Assembly: GCA_000934665.2 (NCBI GenBank)
Contig: JYFJ02002837.1
Span: 1 to 50,001 of the forward strand
DNA length: 50,001 bases
From: Catajapyx aquilonaris
Taxonomy: Eukaryota
Reading direction: 5' to 3'
Part shown: piece after piece, positions 1 through 14,000 of the stretch
How positions within the stretch are numbered: position 1 is the first letter of the stretch
How the letters are laid out: each line of letters starts with the position of its first letter
Position numbers and translations under genes: made by a program
Notes under the pieces: generated by a model
Told to the model about the DNA's origin: nothing
What the model saw: the letters and a program-made list of their open reading frames with translations, nothing else
Database searches by the model: none

Positions 1-3000
1 ACAACACGCTTCATCTATGCAATTATGAACGTAATTGACCATCAAGTCCAAGAAACACACAATGGATGTCAGATTGTAAGCTCTGCCATGCTGGAGCTCA
101 CATTCTACATTTACTTCTACATTTACTGCACAACCTTCAATTTTTCATTACATACTTTTGCTGGATTTTGGAGGTGCATTGTGTATTACCTTACAATCTG
201 ACATCCGCAGTGTGTTGTTTGGACTTCCATGCACATGCAATATGCTCCATGTCACTGGTATGCCCACATTGTATAGCCATAATTATTGCAAAGGTTACTA
301 CTAAATCAATGAGTCACTCCTATGGAAAAGTCTTTCATAACCCGAGCAACGCCGGGTATCCTGCTAGTTACATCTAAAATGTAAATAATATTATTAAATC
401 GTGTGTATTAATATCATACCGTAACAAAGTGTACTCAGTGTGGCAGTGTTACAATTCAGTATAAATTAGCCATGATAGGCAATTATACACGCTGCCAAAA
501 TATTGCTCGAACCATGGATAAACAGGACCAATTCTGACCATTATCCCGCAGCCAGTGAAAATGTTTACGTCCAGTAAAGGGGATTCAATTATATGCAACA
601 GCTCCAATATCGGCCTCTGCCCGGTTTTTTAATGCTTCTATACCTCAACCACGCGAGGTAGATTTATCGATCAGGTGAGGTCCTAGATGTGCAAAATCCT
701 CATCAAAATGCAGCAAATGCTGGAGGAATCAATAAGTAATAATGCATGTACCCCGTTCAGATTCGGAAGCTGCTTCAATAGAGCTGGATGATTATGGCGT
801 TGACCCGACCCTCAAGTGTTGGTTTATCATTAGAGGCAAAAGTTGGCCCAAGCCTTATAATTCTCTAGGGGAGTGTTATTTGAAGACAGGCTATTTTGTG
901 GGGAAGAGATATGTGAGGTTATAACAGATGACCATATTATACTTGAGGGCTATTTGCGTCATTCATTCCTTTCGACCACAGCTGGGCGGCCTTTTCTAGG
1001 GGGGGTATGAGACCGTATAGAGAAAAGTCCGATACCATGCCCCATCGATTATCAAAACTTTTTCAATTTGTTCACCCTGAGGCACTCCCTGGCTAACCAT
1101 GTGCCAAGTGACAGATAAAGTATGGGAGAGTATTTGCACAATAGTCTTTCGTCGGGGGCTTTAAAAAGTTTGGCGAAAAATAAACGGATTTTAATGACGG
1201 TGCCTGGCGGAGTCTCGTGTTCCGAGTTGCACTTATGGAAATTGGGGAACCATTGAACCGCACAATGGCAGCCTATAAAGAGTAAATATGATAGCAGGTA
1301 TTGCCAGTTCTCTTCAAAAGTGACTATAAGCATATCAATTGGCTGACGAACTGAAAATTCGAGTCACGTTTATAGCTTCCATACTTCAATTTGCCGTACA
1401 GAAGGGGGGTATTTTAGGACTGCTCAATCGAATTCAAGGCCTTATTTTCAACTGATATTCTATGAAGGCAATAGTGGTACAAAATCCATGAATGTTCAAG
1501 GAGCACTTACGTTTCATAAAACCTTATGATCATCGTAAGGCATGATGGAACGTTCAGCACAACATTTTATTAATATTTATGACTAATTATTATAATGCAA
1601 AGTTTATGTATCATTCTTTTCTTGCGAAAATATAAATTATTATTGAGTATAGAGGCAATAGGCTATAAGTGCTCCAAAAACTTGGCTACAATATTAAAAG
1701 GTAATTATCGGTGATATGAAGGGAATGTGAGTGCAATATTTTACTTCAGCAGTAATATTCCAATTCTAAATACGATGCTGTTGTTTGTGCTAGTCGGTCG
1801 ATTACCGATTATAATTGAACATTTGCTTTGTGAATAACCACATCTTGACAAAGACGAAGGTAATTGCAGTAAGAGTTGCTCCATTGATCTTCAGGTTACT
1901 GACACACCGTATATCTACATATTAAACATGCAGCATGGAGTGTTTGGATTGGCTCTCTGAAGCAGTACTTGTCACATAGTTGAACAATTTTGATCTACAC
2001 TCTGTAAATACCACCTGACAGCCAGAGCAGGAGTTCCTCAGAATTTCAATTTGCATCAAGAATTTAAGACTACGAAGTGAAGAGGCCGGTTAAATATCCG
2101 CTCAGACAGTTGCCCCTGGTTACCCATTACAGCACGGTTTGGTAAACATGAGTGACTCTTCCAGCGGATAATTACCCGCGTACCATTCATTCTAGGTTAC
2201 TCAGTAAATGCAATTTTAAAAATGTAGCACAATGAAGTTTCTAATTTCTTCCAGTCAATTTCATTAGGATGTTCAACATTTTCCCAATAAAAAATACAGT
2301 GTCGTCATGACATGAGCCTATATAGAAAGACTCTCTATACATGAGCCATATATGCAACAAAAGGCTTACGATTTATACGAGCACCGGAAACACTAACCAA
2401 CCAAATCTAATAATAAGACCTGAATATATTGGCAAATGCAAAACCTGGAACATTTCCTGCTGAGATCCGGTTTCCTGTTTTATAAACACGTCCCAACTTC
2501 ATTAGCTACATTGTACCACAACCTAGCGTATACCGAACCAGAATGCATTTTAAACGCATTTAAGATCGCCCTGGAGTTGACGCGACATAAGATGCAACTT
2601 TCTGCTCGCCATTTTCCCCACCGATTTTTGAAATTTAAAATTCTCGTCCCACACTCCCACCACAGTTGAATAACTCAAAAGTTCAGGCAACTAAATCTGG
2701 ATTAGAATATTGATCGTAGTATATGTCCCCAGATAAACTTTTTTTCGCGATTGGATTGTCACAAAGGATATAATACAGTGTGTGAAGCGATCTGTGTATA
2801 TACATCTGACGCCTATAATTCTCATCCAGAATAGAACCTTCTGGAACTGTCGATAGTCCCCTATGTTAAGAAAGGCGATCGGCCGCAATCCACCTTTTTT
2901 TTGTCGGTTGGACAGAAGCAAAACGGATTTGGAAGAGACAGAAGAGGGGTCGAATGAGATTTTTTGGTACACCAGCCAGAGGCGAGAGTGTCGAATTCTT

Positions 3001-3197
3001 CTGGTAAAAGGAGCAGGTAATGGAGCTCCATTGGGATCAAATTCGTCCATGGCTGTTCTTTCTCTTTTCGAAAACTAATACCTTCCGGTCCTCCCAGATA
3101 GAAAGACAGTTTAGTAAGTGTATCTTGGCCTCGTTTTCTTCTTTCTGCTGGGATAGTCTTTTGGGGATTATAGGAAGGGGGGGGGGGGGAAGTTTAC

Positions 3198-3416
3198 CTC
3201 GAAAGTGACGGCGTCCTCTGACACCGAGGTCCTTCGTCTAAGTTCGGTCAAAAGGGCGCCGAATTCGTCCTTCAGAACTTGGAGGCGTTGACGTAACTCT
3301 GCCGCTTGTTGCTGGTTACTTTCGTCTTCTTCGTCGTCCTCTCCAACAGCCAGTTGGTCCAGACGCTGGCTCAGCTTCTGAAGCTCTTCTTGCACATAGT
3401 AGAGCTTCAAGTGAAG
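3198..3416 (-). CDS. WS/DGAT coiled-coil exon (73 codons)
   Basis: cttcAG|CTT ... GAG|GTAAAC, phase 0. Encodes LHLKLYYVQEELQKLSQRLDQLAVGEDDEEDESNQQQAAELRQRLQVLKDEFGALLTELRRRTSVSEDAVTFE, with heptad-like spacing. Confidence 0.7.
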
Positions 3417-6400
3417 CTGAAGTTGGGAATGGAGGGATTGGATTGTCATTTATAAGTTGGATGATGCGGGTTGTTGCCCGCATATGTACTTAATGTAAGT
3501 AATTAAGTCACTCTGGGAGATAGATGGTGCTATAAAGGTGGATATCGGGACTTGGAGAAAGTTTATGTCCTTACTTGCATCTAATTTGGGGGAAAGCAGA
3601 TGAGCAGATGACAGGAGAAGAATCTAATAGTCTTATTGAGCACTGAGAAATGTATCACGTAACTGCAGTAGCTGTACTTAAAAATTCCATTTATATGCCT
3701 ACTGTACTGTACGTATTAGACTGCACGAGCGCATTCAATTCCAGTCGGTTCTCATAACCTCATTAATATGGCATTGCACACAGAAAATTCACAAAGCTGC
3801 TCAAATTTCTGTAATAGTTTACTTATTCAAAAACCGCTAAGAAAGTCGTTGGAAGTTCACAAAATGTCGACCTGCATAAAAGTAATGTGTGCGCACCTAT
3901 ACAGTATACTAAAAAGTGGGACCCGTTATTAAATTTCGAGGCATGGTTACATCAAAATGCAAAGAGACCTGAGTTTGCACTGTTTTCGAACAATATAAAC
4001 GTCAGAAGACAAAAGCCGGTGTTAAAATACCGTGAAAACGTCGTCGGTTATGGAGATGCGCCAAAAGTGAGTCGTAAGGTGTGCGGTTTCCGTGTTAAAT
4101 TTTTGATATTTCAGCTGCACGCAAGGTGAAAACTTTGCGGTCGTTACTCCAAGAGCGAAACGAGTTGATTACCTTCCTAAAAGAGTATTAATTTCTTTGC
4201 CCATACTTCCATGCTCCAACAAGATCAAGCAAACTTTTTTTGTATGCCTTCTAGCTACAGTGTACCCTTCTGGGAATTTTCGCTCGCAGAATATTCGGAC
4301 CAGCCTCAAATACAAGGTGGTCCACAATTACATGTTGCTACTAGGACTTTCCATGTAAATGAATTTAATTATTAATTTATTTTTATTTAATTTATCAAAT
4401 TGGGTTTCTTGACAATGGTAAATGAAACGGACAACAATCGATGGCATTGTTGTCCTATTAGAGTCGCACCATGTCATATCGGGTTTGTCAGCCTCATTTC
4501 CCACTGCCCATTTAGAAAAAAAGTCTACTCAAATCACGCTCGCGTGTTTAAACTGGACACTTAGGTTCTGCACCACCCTGTGAAAATTTTTAGCGGCAAG
4601 TTCTTCTGACTCTCTGCTTTTCGAATTTTCAACTCAAACGCTGCTAGCAATGTGCAGGATGGATAAGTGAAGTTTGGATGTTCATTATTCGACTTGGTGC
4701 ACTCAATCATGATATTGGATTAGGTTTCTCCACGCATGAATGCTTGACCACTGGTCCATGCAGGATCGGCCGGAGGGGGTGGTGGGGATGGGGGTGCTGG
4801 GAGGGAACCGGACGAAGGAAACAAGATTTTGCGACACTGAAATTACAACTGATTTAATTGCTGCCACGTCCTGAGTCGGTTCTAGTGCTAGATTGGTTCA
4901 CATGCATGGTAACAGAAGCGGGGATCGATATCTCTATGTATTATTTCGGGCAATTACGGCCAGTGGTATACGGGAACTGTTTTTTTCTCTCTTTCTAATA
5001 AGCCACTTCCAAATTATGCAGCCCAACAGTGACCAGCACGTACTCATCGATCCTTTCAATACAAACAGTATACTTCCTGTGTGGGAAGTCAATTATGGGT
5101 TTTGATATTGATTAATTCCTGCATTTTTTGGGGTATCATGACCTCGGTAATTTTGGAACATGTCTATAGTGTCGAAATTGATATACCGACGGCTCTGATT
5201 TTTCCATGCCATACATGACGAATGTTCCGAAATTCCATTAACTGCTGCTTACAAAAAAAAATCGTTCAGTTATATACTATACCGTAACTTACTCTGGAAG
5301 CGATTTCTCTAACGAACAAGGTGAGCTGCAGCTGCTGAGTAAACTCCGAGAAATCACGCAATATTTCAGAAACTAATAAACGGAAGTTTCGGTCCCGAAG
5401 AGAAACTGGGCACGGAAAATCCGGGTCTCTAATGTATATATGAGCAAAAGATGACCGTCTGTCCAAACCGGGCCAATTTCGGAAGATATTAAGTAGGGCC
5501 AAGGGTGACATACTGCAAAAATTGTGGGTCCCAGCTACCGGGGAACTGCAATTCGTCAAAGGTACCGGGGTTGACAACCGGATTAAATCGTACTGTATAA
5601 CCAGGCATTGCTGTGCTGGGATGCGGAAATTTATTCGCGAAAAGGAATCGGCCGGTTCCCTGGACGCATCGATTTCAGCTCGTACAATAAGGAAAGTGCA
5701 CATATTTCATACGGGGGGTTCAAAAATGGCCTGCATATTTTTTTACCTTCCTTGGCATATTATACAAGGAGGATATGAAAAAAAGAATACAAATAACACC
5801 TTACAGGTTGGCGTGAAAGCCACTTCGATATTACTTTGGACCTCTTTCCTCAAATAGGCTTTTCCTGTTCGCGTAGAGTGGGTAGAAACACTAGGGTAAA
5901 GTGCCCTATTTTTGTGCCGTGGCCATAACTCGATTTATCTGCTCAGATCTCTCTGTTGGGCCAGGCTGAAAGGCTGAGATCTAAAGGAAACGCGACACAT
6001 GTCAAAACCAGGCTGTCACCGTGGACCACGTAATCTCTGCTACAGTAATAATTAAAATTTAAGCTTCTTTCGCAAAAAAAAGTAGACTAGTAACCAAATT
6101 AAGTGAAGTGTGAGTCTAGCTGAATGAAGTGCAAAGTTATTGAAATTGTTCCGCTACTTGCTAACTTCGTGGAGGTGACCGAAAACTGTTAGAAAATACG
6201 TAGTTCAGAAGGTGGAATTCATTATACAGTAGGACTAAGTCAGTCTCAGCTCTTTGAAGAAAGGTACCAGCTTTGTAGAGTGTGAAATATTTATTACGCA
6301 AGAGGGATTGAATTTCTAGCGGGGGGCAAAGTAATGCAAATTCTCCAGAAAATTGACTTGTAAAGCACACCCTTGTTATGCTTACAGTTAGTCTAGGATA

Positions 6401-8005
6401 TATAATTATATAGAGAGCAATATAAGCCTATCAAAACAGCATTACTTGATGTTGTTCCAACCAAAACACTAGAATAATATCAATATTTTGTTACAGTTAG
6501 TCATACAGAAGAAGCAAGTAGATTAAGTTACAGTGAAACGGAAACTTATTATTATTCGGATCGGATAGCTGCATTTAATTATTTCCATATTAAATTATTT
6601 TGCATGTCTAAGCCATATGCTTAGTGGAGAAGCGTTTCATTACATTCCCTGTTTGTATCTAGGACTATACCGTACACTGCAAGGCCGTACATGAACGCAG
6701 GTTGTGCGTGTGTAGATGGAAGTACAACCTTCATAAATTAGGCTGAAATTCAGAGTCTCGGGAAAGTCGATTTCAGCAGACTGTGAAATGTGCGCAGTCG
6801 TTATTTTAAAGGAGTCATACATGTTCCTGTGCCTAGATTTGATTAATATAATTTGGAGTTTGGAATAGCTTTTAGAGGAGTAAAGAAGAAGAAAAAAAGC
6901 TGGCGAGACTTGAAAACATTCATTTCCGGATTGCAGATCCCACCGTATCGAGCTCTTCCCGGAAGTAATCTATCTAGACTACCTTATATCTCTATAGATA
7001 CTTTTTATTGAAAAGTCTTGCTGGCGCCACATTGTCTTTTTACTGGACCCTGTAAGGATAAAAGTTTCATTACGTGTCGCACATTCTTTCTCTCTATCCT
7101 TCCTGACTACCATCGCAAAAAGGAATTTCCGGAAAAGATAGTGGCTCCATTCGCTTATTACATTTCGAGAACCGATGCCATAATTTCGCATTACGATCAA
7201 AATGACTATACGAACAGTCCTTTTTATAGTTGTGCTCTAAGTCGTAAGTATTTGCTACACATAAATTTTTTTCTCAGTCCTATATTGTATTGATCCCAAG
7301 CGTGCAGGTGAGAGACCATAAAATAAAGATAGAATCGTGCATAATGATAGCATATATTATTATGTCCATATTGTTCGAAAGCAGATTGCAATCAGCATTA
7401 TAATTGCGGGTATTGCGCGACATAAACAGCCGGGGAATTAATAATTATTGTCAATCACAAATATGTCAACTGCGTTGACAAGTGCAAGCTAAAATATTTA
7501 AATTCCTGTGCTTTAATAATGTTCCAGCAGGTTTTCATTTTGGCCTAGCTCGCATTCATCACCTTTTTCGAGCCTATTAATAAATGTGCTAGGAAAATTT
7601 CATTTCGTGCCGTCCACCCCTCCCCTCCCTCCCTCCGTGGCTGGTCCAGAAATTCCCAAAACATCATTCCACAATTCTGTCCCATTTGAAATCCACTATT
7701 TAAATTCACGCTACACAGTCCTCACACACCTCAATCCGGTACAATTTACATCATTGAATAGAAATACGGTAAACCGATTCGTTCCGCTGATAACACACAC
7801 AGGTAACGACCTCATAGAATTAGTGGATAAAGAAAAAAAATTAAATAGTTTATCATAACCATCCTTCAACCATGACAAAGAGTAATTAAACGCAATTGGT
7901 TTGTAATAAAAGCTGTGCGGTTAAATAGATAGGTCAGTCTGATTATGTCGCGAGGTTATTTGCTGATTTTGATTGGTACACGAGCTAATGATGACATTTA
8001 TCTGC

Positions 8006-8069
<64 letters not shown>

Positions 8070-11000
8070 CGTGAGTGGCAGCATGATTATTATTTACCCA
8101 ACTTTTAAAAGGGATATATGGACTGGAATAAATAGGCCACAAAAACCATCCGTTGTTAAGAGATATTCAGATAAATTATTTTCACTCGAGCCAATAATCT
8201 TTCCAATCCGGGAATCAAACTCTGGACCTCAGAGGCTGTGGCCATGTAAATAAAATATTTTCATTAGAACTACTGCATATTGCGGGCCAAATCTTCGCCT
8301 CACATCCAGTATGAACATCATTAATAGTTTAACCATTGAATTTTTGGGGGGATCATGCAATTTATAACCTAATTGAAAAGTAGCTTGACACGTGACACCT
8401 CTGAGATAAAACCAAGCCTCACAAAAAAGTGTCGCGTATCACAAACACACTGTCGTCCTGGAAAGAAAACCCCCTGTAGTTTCGACAAGAGTCCATAGTT
8501 AATTAAGTTCGGAAAGGCAGAGCAGAACAAAAATGCAGAGAAGAAGCACAAAGGCCCATGTAATTCCCTATAGGGAACATTATTCTGCAGTAGCGAATCC
8601 TTCCTCGGTACCAGACAAAAGCATCCTGTATTGGATTAGTTAAAGGAATTCTAGAGTGATAGAGCACGGTAATGCATTTTTAACGTCCATCGCCTTTTTT
8701 TTACCTTGCTTGTCGCGAAGAGGTAAAACGTCAGGCGTGATTGCAGAGTTTGCAAAATCGATACCCTCCTCCGCAAAATTACGCGTGTAATAATTGAATC
8801 CGTCGCAGAATATGAGCTGAATTATAAGCGGATGTTTTCAAAAGCAAGTCATCAACACGAGCGCCTGGTCGTTATTTTTTATTCGTGAAAAACGTACCTA
8901 TTCCGTTACACCAACAGTCGTTAAAAGCGAAAGTCAGGTTCGGTTCGTGACTAACCGGTATCGAATAGTAAATGCTCGCATTATTTAAATTACCAGAGCC
9001 CTGCTGTAACTGCTCTTATTTTCCTTTTTATGGCAACAAATGGATTGTGGAAACGTTTAGTTAAATTCGTTCTGAGGCATTAAGGGTGCTTTATAGCCTG
9101 TCATACGAGAGGTCGTAAATTCGATGTCAGACATCAGAGCATGTATTCATTCGAAATACACCCCTCTTTGAATTTGCCGTCTCTTAAAACTCGAATAAAA
9201 CCAGCTGCGGAAGTAAGGGCCGTTGAAGCTATGGGCTTATGTATAGGTAGATGTGGTCAGTGGAGGAAGAAAGCCAGGGAACATTAGCATGCAACTCACT
9301 GACCTCCTGGAGAGGCGGTCGGCTGAAATCGTCCCTTCGAGACGAAAGCACTCGACGAACTTCACCCGGAACACGACGATGGGCAAGAAGATCGGACAAC
9401 TGCTCGACCTGAAATCGAAAAGAGCACGCAACAAGTTTTACTTCGTTAATGTATTATGTAGATTGTGTCGTGAGAAATTTTGTGGCCACACTCCATAAGG
9501 CTAAGGGGGAGAGGATAAGTGATTGTTGTTAATGAAGACCTGAAAATTGAGGACGATTGTGGTCGAAATTGAAAAAAAAGCAATTTTTAAGATAGTGCCT
9601 TCTGCGTTTTGAAACACGTATTCATGAATAATGCCATTATAGTTATGCACATTTCTTATGGCGTATTTGTACCATTTGATTATAAAGTGGTAGCCCCAGT
9701 AACCGTGTAGAGCACGTATAACATTTTTTTCGTATTACATCGCAGATTGATCAACACGTTTGGCGGTATTAAGGTGGAAATGAAGCGACTTGCTAATCAA
9801 ATGAGAGTCTAGAATTGGAATGTTAATAAGAAGGGCTAAAATCAGGGAAACATGCGCAACCGATGCAGCAGGAAATGCTGTTCAATCCTATGCATTCCAT
9901 TCGAATCTGCGTTTTAAACTCGATTTAATATGGGCCCATTACCGGCTGCAAGTTTTTGTGCGCAGGCGCAATTGTCACGGCTGCCAACTTAAACATGGTA
10001 TTTGGAGGTGTGCTTAATATTTGTTATTTTTGATGGAAATCGATTTTATTCGGTCGTCAGTACGAGGTCCCAATTTGTCGAGGCATTTTTAAAAGTTTAG
10101 TTCCGAAAGGGGAGCCTGTAGCTCTTCATTTGTGTCGGATTTGGAACACGTTCAGTTGGTACGCGTGTGACAGGTAGAATCGGCAACGCAGCAAAGGTCC
10201 GGGTCAATTATCGCGTAGCAGTATGTGACGGCATTGCCGTGTGGATTCGAATGATTCGATTATTCTATTATAATTATAACTATATAAACCAATATAACGG
10301 TTCTGACGTCTGACAAACACCCCCGCCAAACGAAAATCCTGTGTGAGCCGTTGTAAAAACCATCATACTAACTTGCACTCATATTTCGCGGTCGTATGCA
10401 ACCGTATCTCGCTACCGTAAACAACGCAGTGTTGCCACTGCCTCACTCGACTGGAGCAAGGTGACGTCACTGGATCATTTTCGGATCGTTTTTCCGCAAT
10501 ACAAATTGAAAGAGCACGGTGAGGTAGAGTTTTCTTTTTGCGGTTGCGATCAGTATATAATTCCCGACATATTCCACATTTAATTTTAAAATTCTCATTT
10601 ACTTATGATTTTTTTGTGGACTATTGAAAATTCTGCCATAAGGGCCCATGTTAAATCGCGAACTTCTGAGCCCTCCAGTTCGCTAATTTGCACGGTGACG
10701 TGTATTTTTCTTTGCGCCATTGATAAGAGGACACAAAACTGCGTAACATATGTTTTTTTCATAAAATTCTCATTGAGTGACTCTAGCTTCATTTCCACCT
10801 TAAACTAGTGTCGCCAATAAGTCATGAAACATTTCAAGTCTTCCGGCCCACCAACCGATTCAGAAGGTGAAATCGTTTCCACCTGACCCTATACGTATAT
10901 GCCTCATCCGGATCCAATATCTACCGGCTCCTGCACAGTGAAAATGTTATTTTATGCTCCGAGGGATTGAAGTAGCCTCTTCCTACGCCCACCATTGATT

Positions 11001-14000
11001 ATGGCTACCCTGAGCCTGCTAGAAGCACTGTATACCCAGGCTGCATTTTTGCAAACTCCACATTAACCCTGTTACTATACGAAAGGTTGGAACAAAATAT
11101 TTTAACAAAAAAAAAAATCCCAGCCTGTGCTTTTAAAATCTGTGGATTACACTACAATTTTTTTTAAACGACCCAAACTCTTCATGGGGATAGGTGCTGT
11201 GGAAGACTGACTCGTTATAAACTGATAAATGACTCAATCTCTGGCCTCGTTCCAACATAAAGCTACCACTTACCATTCTAGAGCACTTGACTCTCGCCCT
11301 GGGGCTATATATCAACAATACAAGCGACGAGTTTGTAGTGTTAGAGTCTTTGCAATATTTCTAAAAACATATCACAAAGAACTAAGGGTATAGCTTTACA
11401 CAGGGAACAAGCCTTTAATTGAAAGTTTAATTGTTACAAGTCATTGTTGCCTTTGTGATGACAGTACCATTCTCTTGTTGCAGCAATATTATTTGTCACT
11501 CTTCTCTCATTCGCATGGAAGCCCCCACATAACCCTGTGCTCTCTCGCTCGTGGTATTTAAATATCAATAACACTTCTCCACGCTGTCTATGCAGAGAGA
11601 GGTACTTTAGCTACGGTCCACAAATAAATGTTTAAACACTGCATCGTCCCCTTGCGGTTGAGCACTGGGCGAATCCTGGGCCTCAAACAGCGTTAGTTCC
11701 CTCATTAATTTTGTAGAGTGGAGTTTCCTGGCGCTTCTGTTTCCATTTGGAGGACACCATATTTTGGATTTTGTTGTTGTTATCTGCCAAACCCACTGCG
11801 ATCCGGTGATTAAAGTCATTGGTTTGATTATTCAGTATGACCTTCATGCGCTGCATGTAACTCAATTTTGTCCGCCGACAAAGCAGCAAAAAACCCACAG
11901 ATAAATCATTCAGTTGATCTACAGTATTCATTTTTAGTTGCTGGTACAGTGCACTGAGGCAAGTAACAATACGGGGTTTGTTAATAGGTAAAGCGCATTG
12001 AAAATTGCTTAGTATATCCACCACAATCATGGCTACAAAAGTGCATTAACACCATCCAATCCAGAGGCGCTTCAGCACGTCTCCCAGAGTTAAGCTGCTT
12101 CAAACTGGATTTTGTTCAGAAAGCTGCTGGGGAATGGGTACAAGTTTTGCCTTTCAAAAAATTGTCATCTTGACTTGATATTCTACCACTTCCCTTTAAT
12201 CAATGAAGTCACGGTTTGCCTATATCCACACAGGGGAAGGTTGGGCAATGGAAATCAATCGTACTTAAATACGAGGGCTGAAAAGGGCTGCGGCAACATT
12301 TCTCTGTAGGCGTCAATGTGGCACATTATTTCACGAAAACCACTCTTTGCGACGACTTTTAGCTCGAATGGTATATTAGAGCAATTGTATAAAAACTAGT
12401 TAACTTTTACTGAAGTCTGAATGACGTCCCCATTTTCATTATTACTAATCAAGTCCGAATTATATTAAAAGAAACCAAATAATTATGCACTTTCCGTAGG
12501 AGAGGCCCAGTGAAAATATTGCTCCTACCCTGCTTATGATAACAAGAACCATCTTTACCGCCATACCGACATGAATATTTAAATACATGCAAAATTATTT
12601 AATACGCCATTACAAGCTGCCAATAACGATTACAGGATGAATAATTGCAGCCAAATTGATATCTTGAATCCGACTGGCTGTCACGCTCATAAAGCAACCC
12701 TCGTTAGTTATTTACCGGGTCGTTAAGTGCCCCGGATGAGAGAGGCCTTACTTGGGAGGGCAGGGCCACATTTGAATTTATCTCCATCTAGATTTTCTAG
12801 AACAAGCCTTGCAAGTGTAAAGCTTGTCCGTAATTATACGAGAGTTACGCCAACAGCATGGCTCTACAGGGAAACGAGCATATGATGTGCATTTTGAACA
12901 GAAACCTGTGACGCTCAAATAATTTTAGCCCAAAGACACAACATCCCATTGTCCCTGAAGGAAAATTTTTTTCCCACCGAATATTTTTGTCCAAATATAT
13001 GACTCCAATTGCGATTCTTATTTTTGAAACACTCAATAGGAAGGATAAATTTGGCATTCTGCTGTGGCATGGACATATTTTCTGAACCGAAAAAATTGAA
13101 CGAAATGTATTTAGTCACAATTTCATTGTCTTTGGGCCAAGTGGTATTATGTATGGGACCGGTTTTTATGTTTGTTTTGTTCCTTGGTTTGAGGTATACC
13201 ACATGTGCGGTACAGGCATTTGCAATATTTGTGGTGTCAATCTGGGCGCGACCCGAACCACCGACTCTCCTGTCATTTCTGGTCGAGATTTGGGCAAATG
13301 CAGCCTGTGGGAGATGGCGATCAATGAGGGGGATGGTATATCCCCCTATCCGGGGCGGAAAACGGGAAGGAAGGTTTGCCAGCTGGGGAATTGATTCCGG
13401 GAGGTTTCCACAACCCACACCCTTCCATCCTCCCCAACCCATGTTTTACTGGCGTGGGCGTCAGGTCCGTTCTGCTGTCAATTCGCGGGTGACGTTTTCT
13501 CCCCCACTTACAAGGGTGACAAATGATGGCTAAGGGTTTCTCTCCAAATTGAACATTTCGTTCCAGGGTTCAAATCAGGTCGAGTTGAAACACACCGGTT
13601 CTCAGAATGGCCTTTTCTCAGCCTGTATTTTCCAATCCAGACCAAGGACTTGATTGTTTCAAATTAAGTGAAGTTCGCGCATTTTGTCTTATAAAATGAG
13701 GTGGAATTAACTGAATTCAATATATTCATGCAGCTATAGGTCTAAGAAGCCTACATAACATTCATTAGATAATAATCTCCTCTCGTCATATGAATTCGAA
13801 AGATATAAATTGAATTTTCATTGCGATATGCAATTTATATTTTCGACATATGCAACAGTGAATTTCGAGGAATTTCGATATAAAAATTATGATTTCGCAG
13901 TCCTAAATGTAACCCAAGTTTATCCTGACTGGGAAGGGCTACCCATGCGCATCTCGTGTGCAAATGGAAATGTAACTTCCAGGATGAAATGTTAGTAATT

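Noticed and set aside
5266..5703. 145-aa ORF containing a possible transposon end (ccgggtctcta near 5421-5431)
   Set aside because: No protein signature and no partner terminal repeat found in the window.
7921..8253. Poly-Asn / poly-Ile ORFs
   Set aside because: Artefacts of the (AAT)n microsatellite.
12915..13533. Overlapping 175/174-aa ORFs on opposite strands
   Set aside because: No recognisable motif or convincing splice signals; probably the GC-rich part of an intronic repeat.
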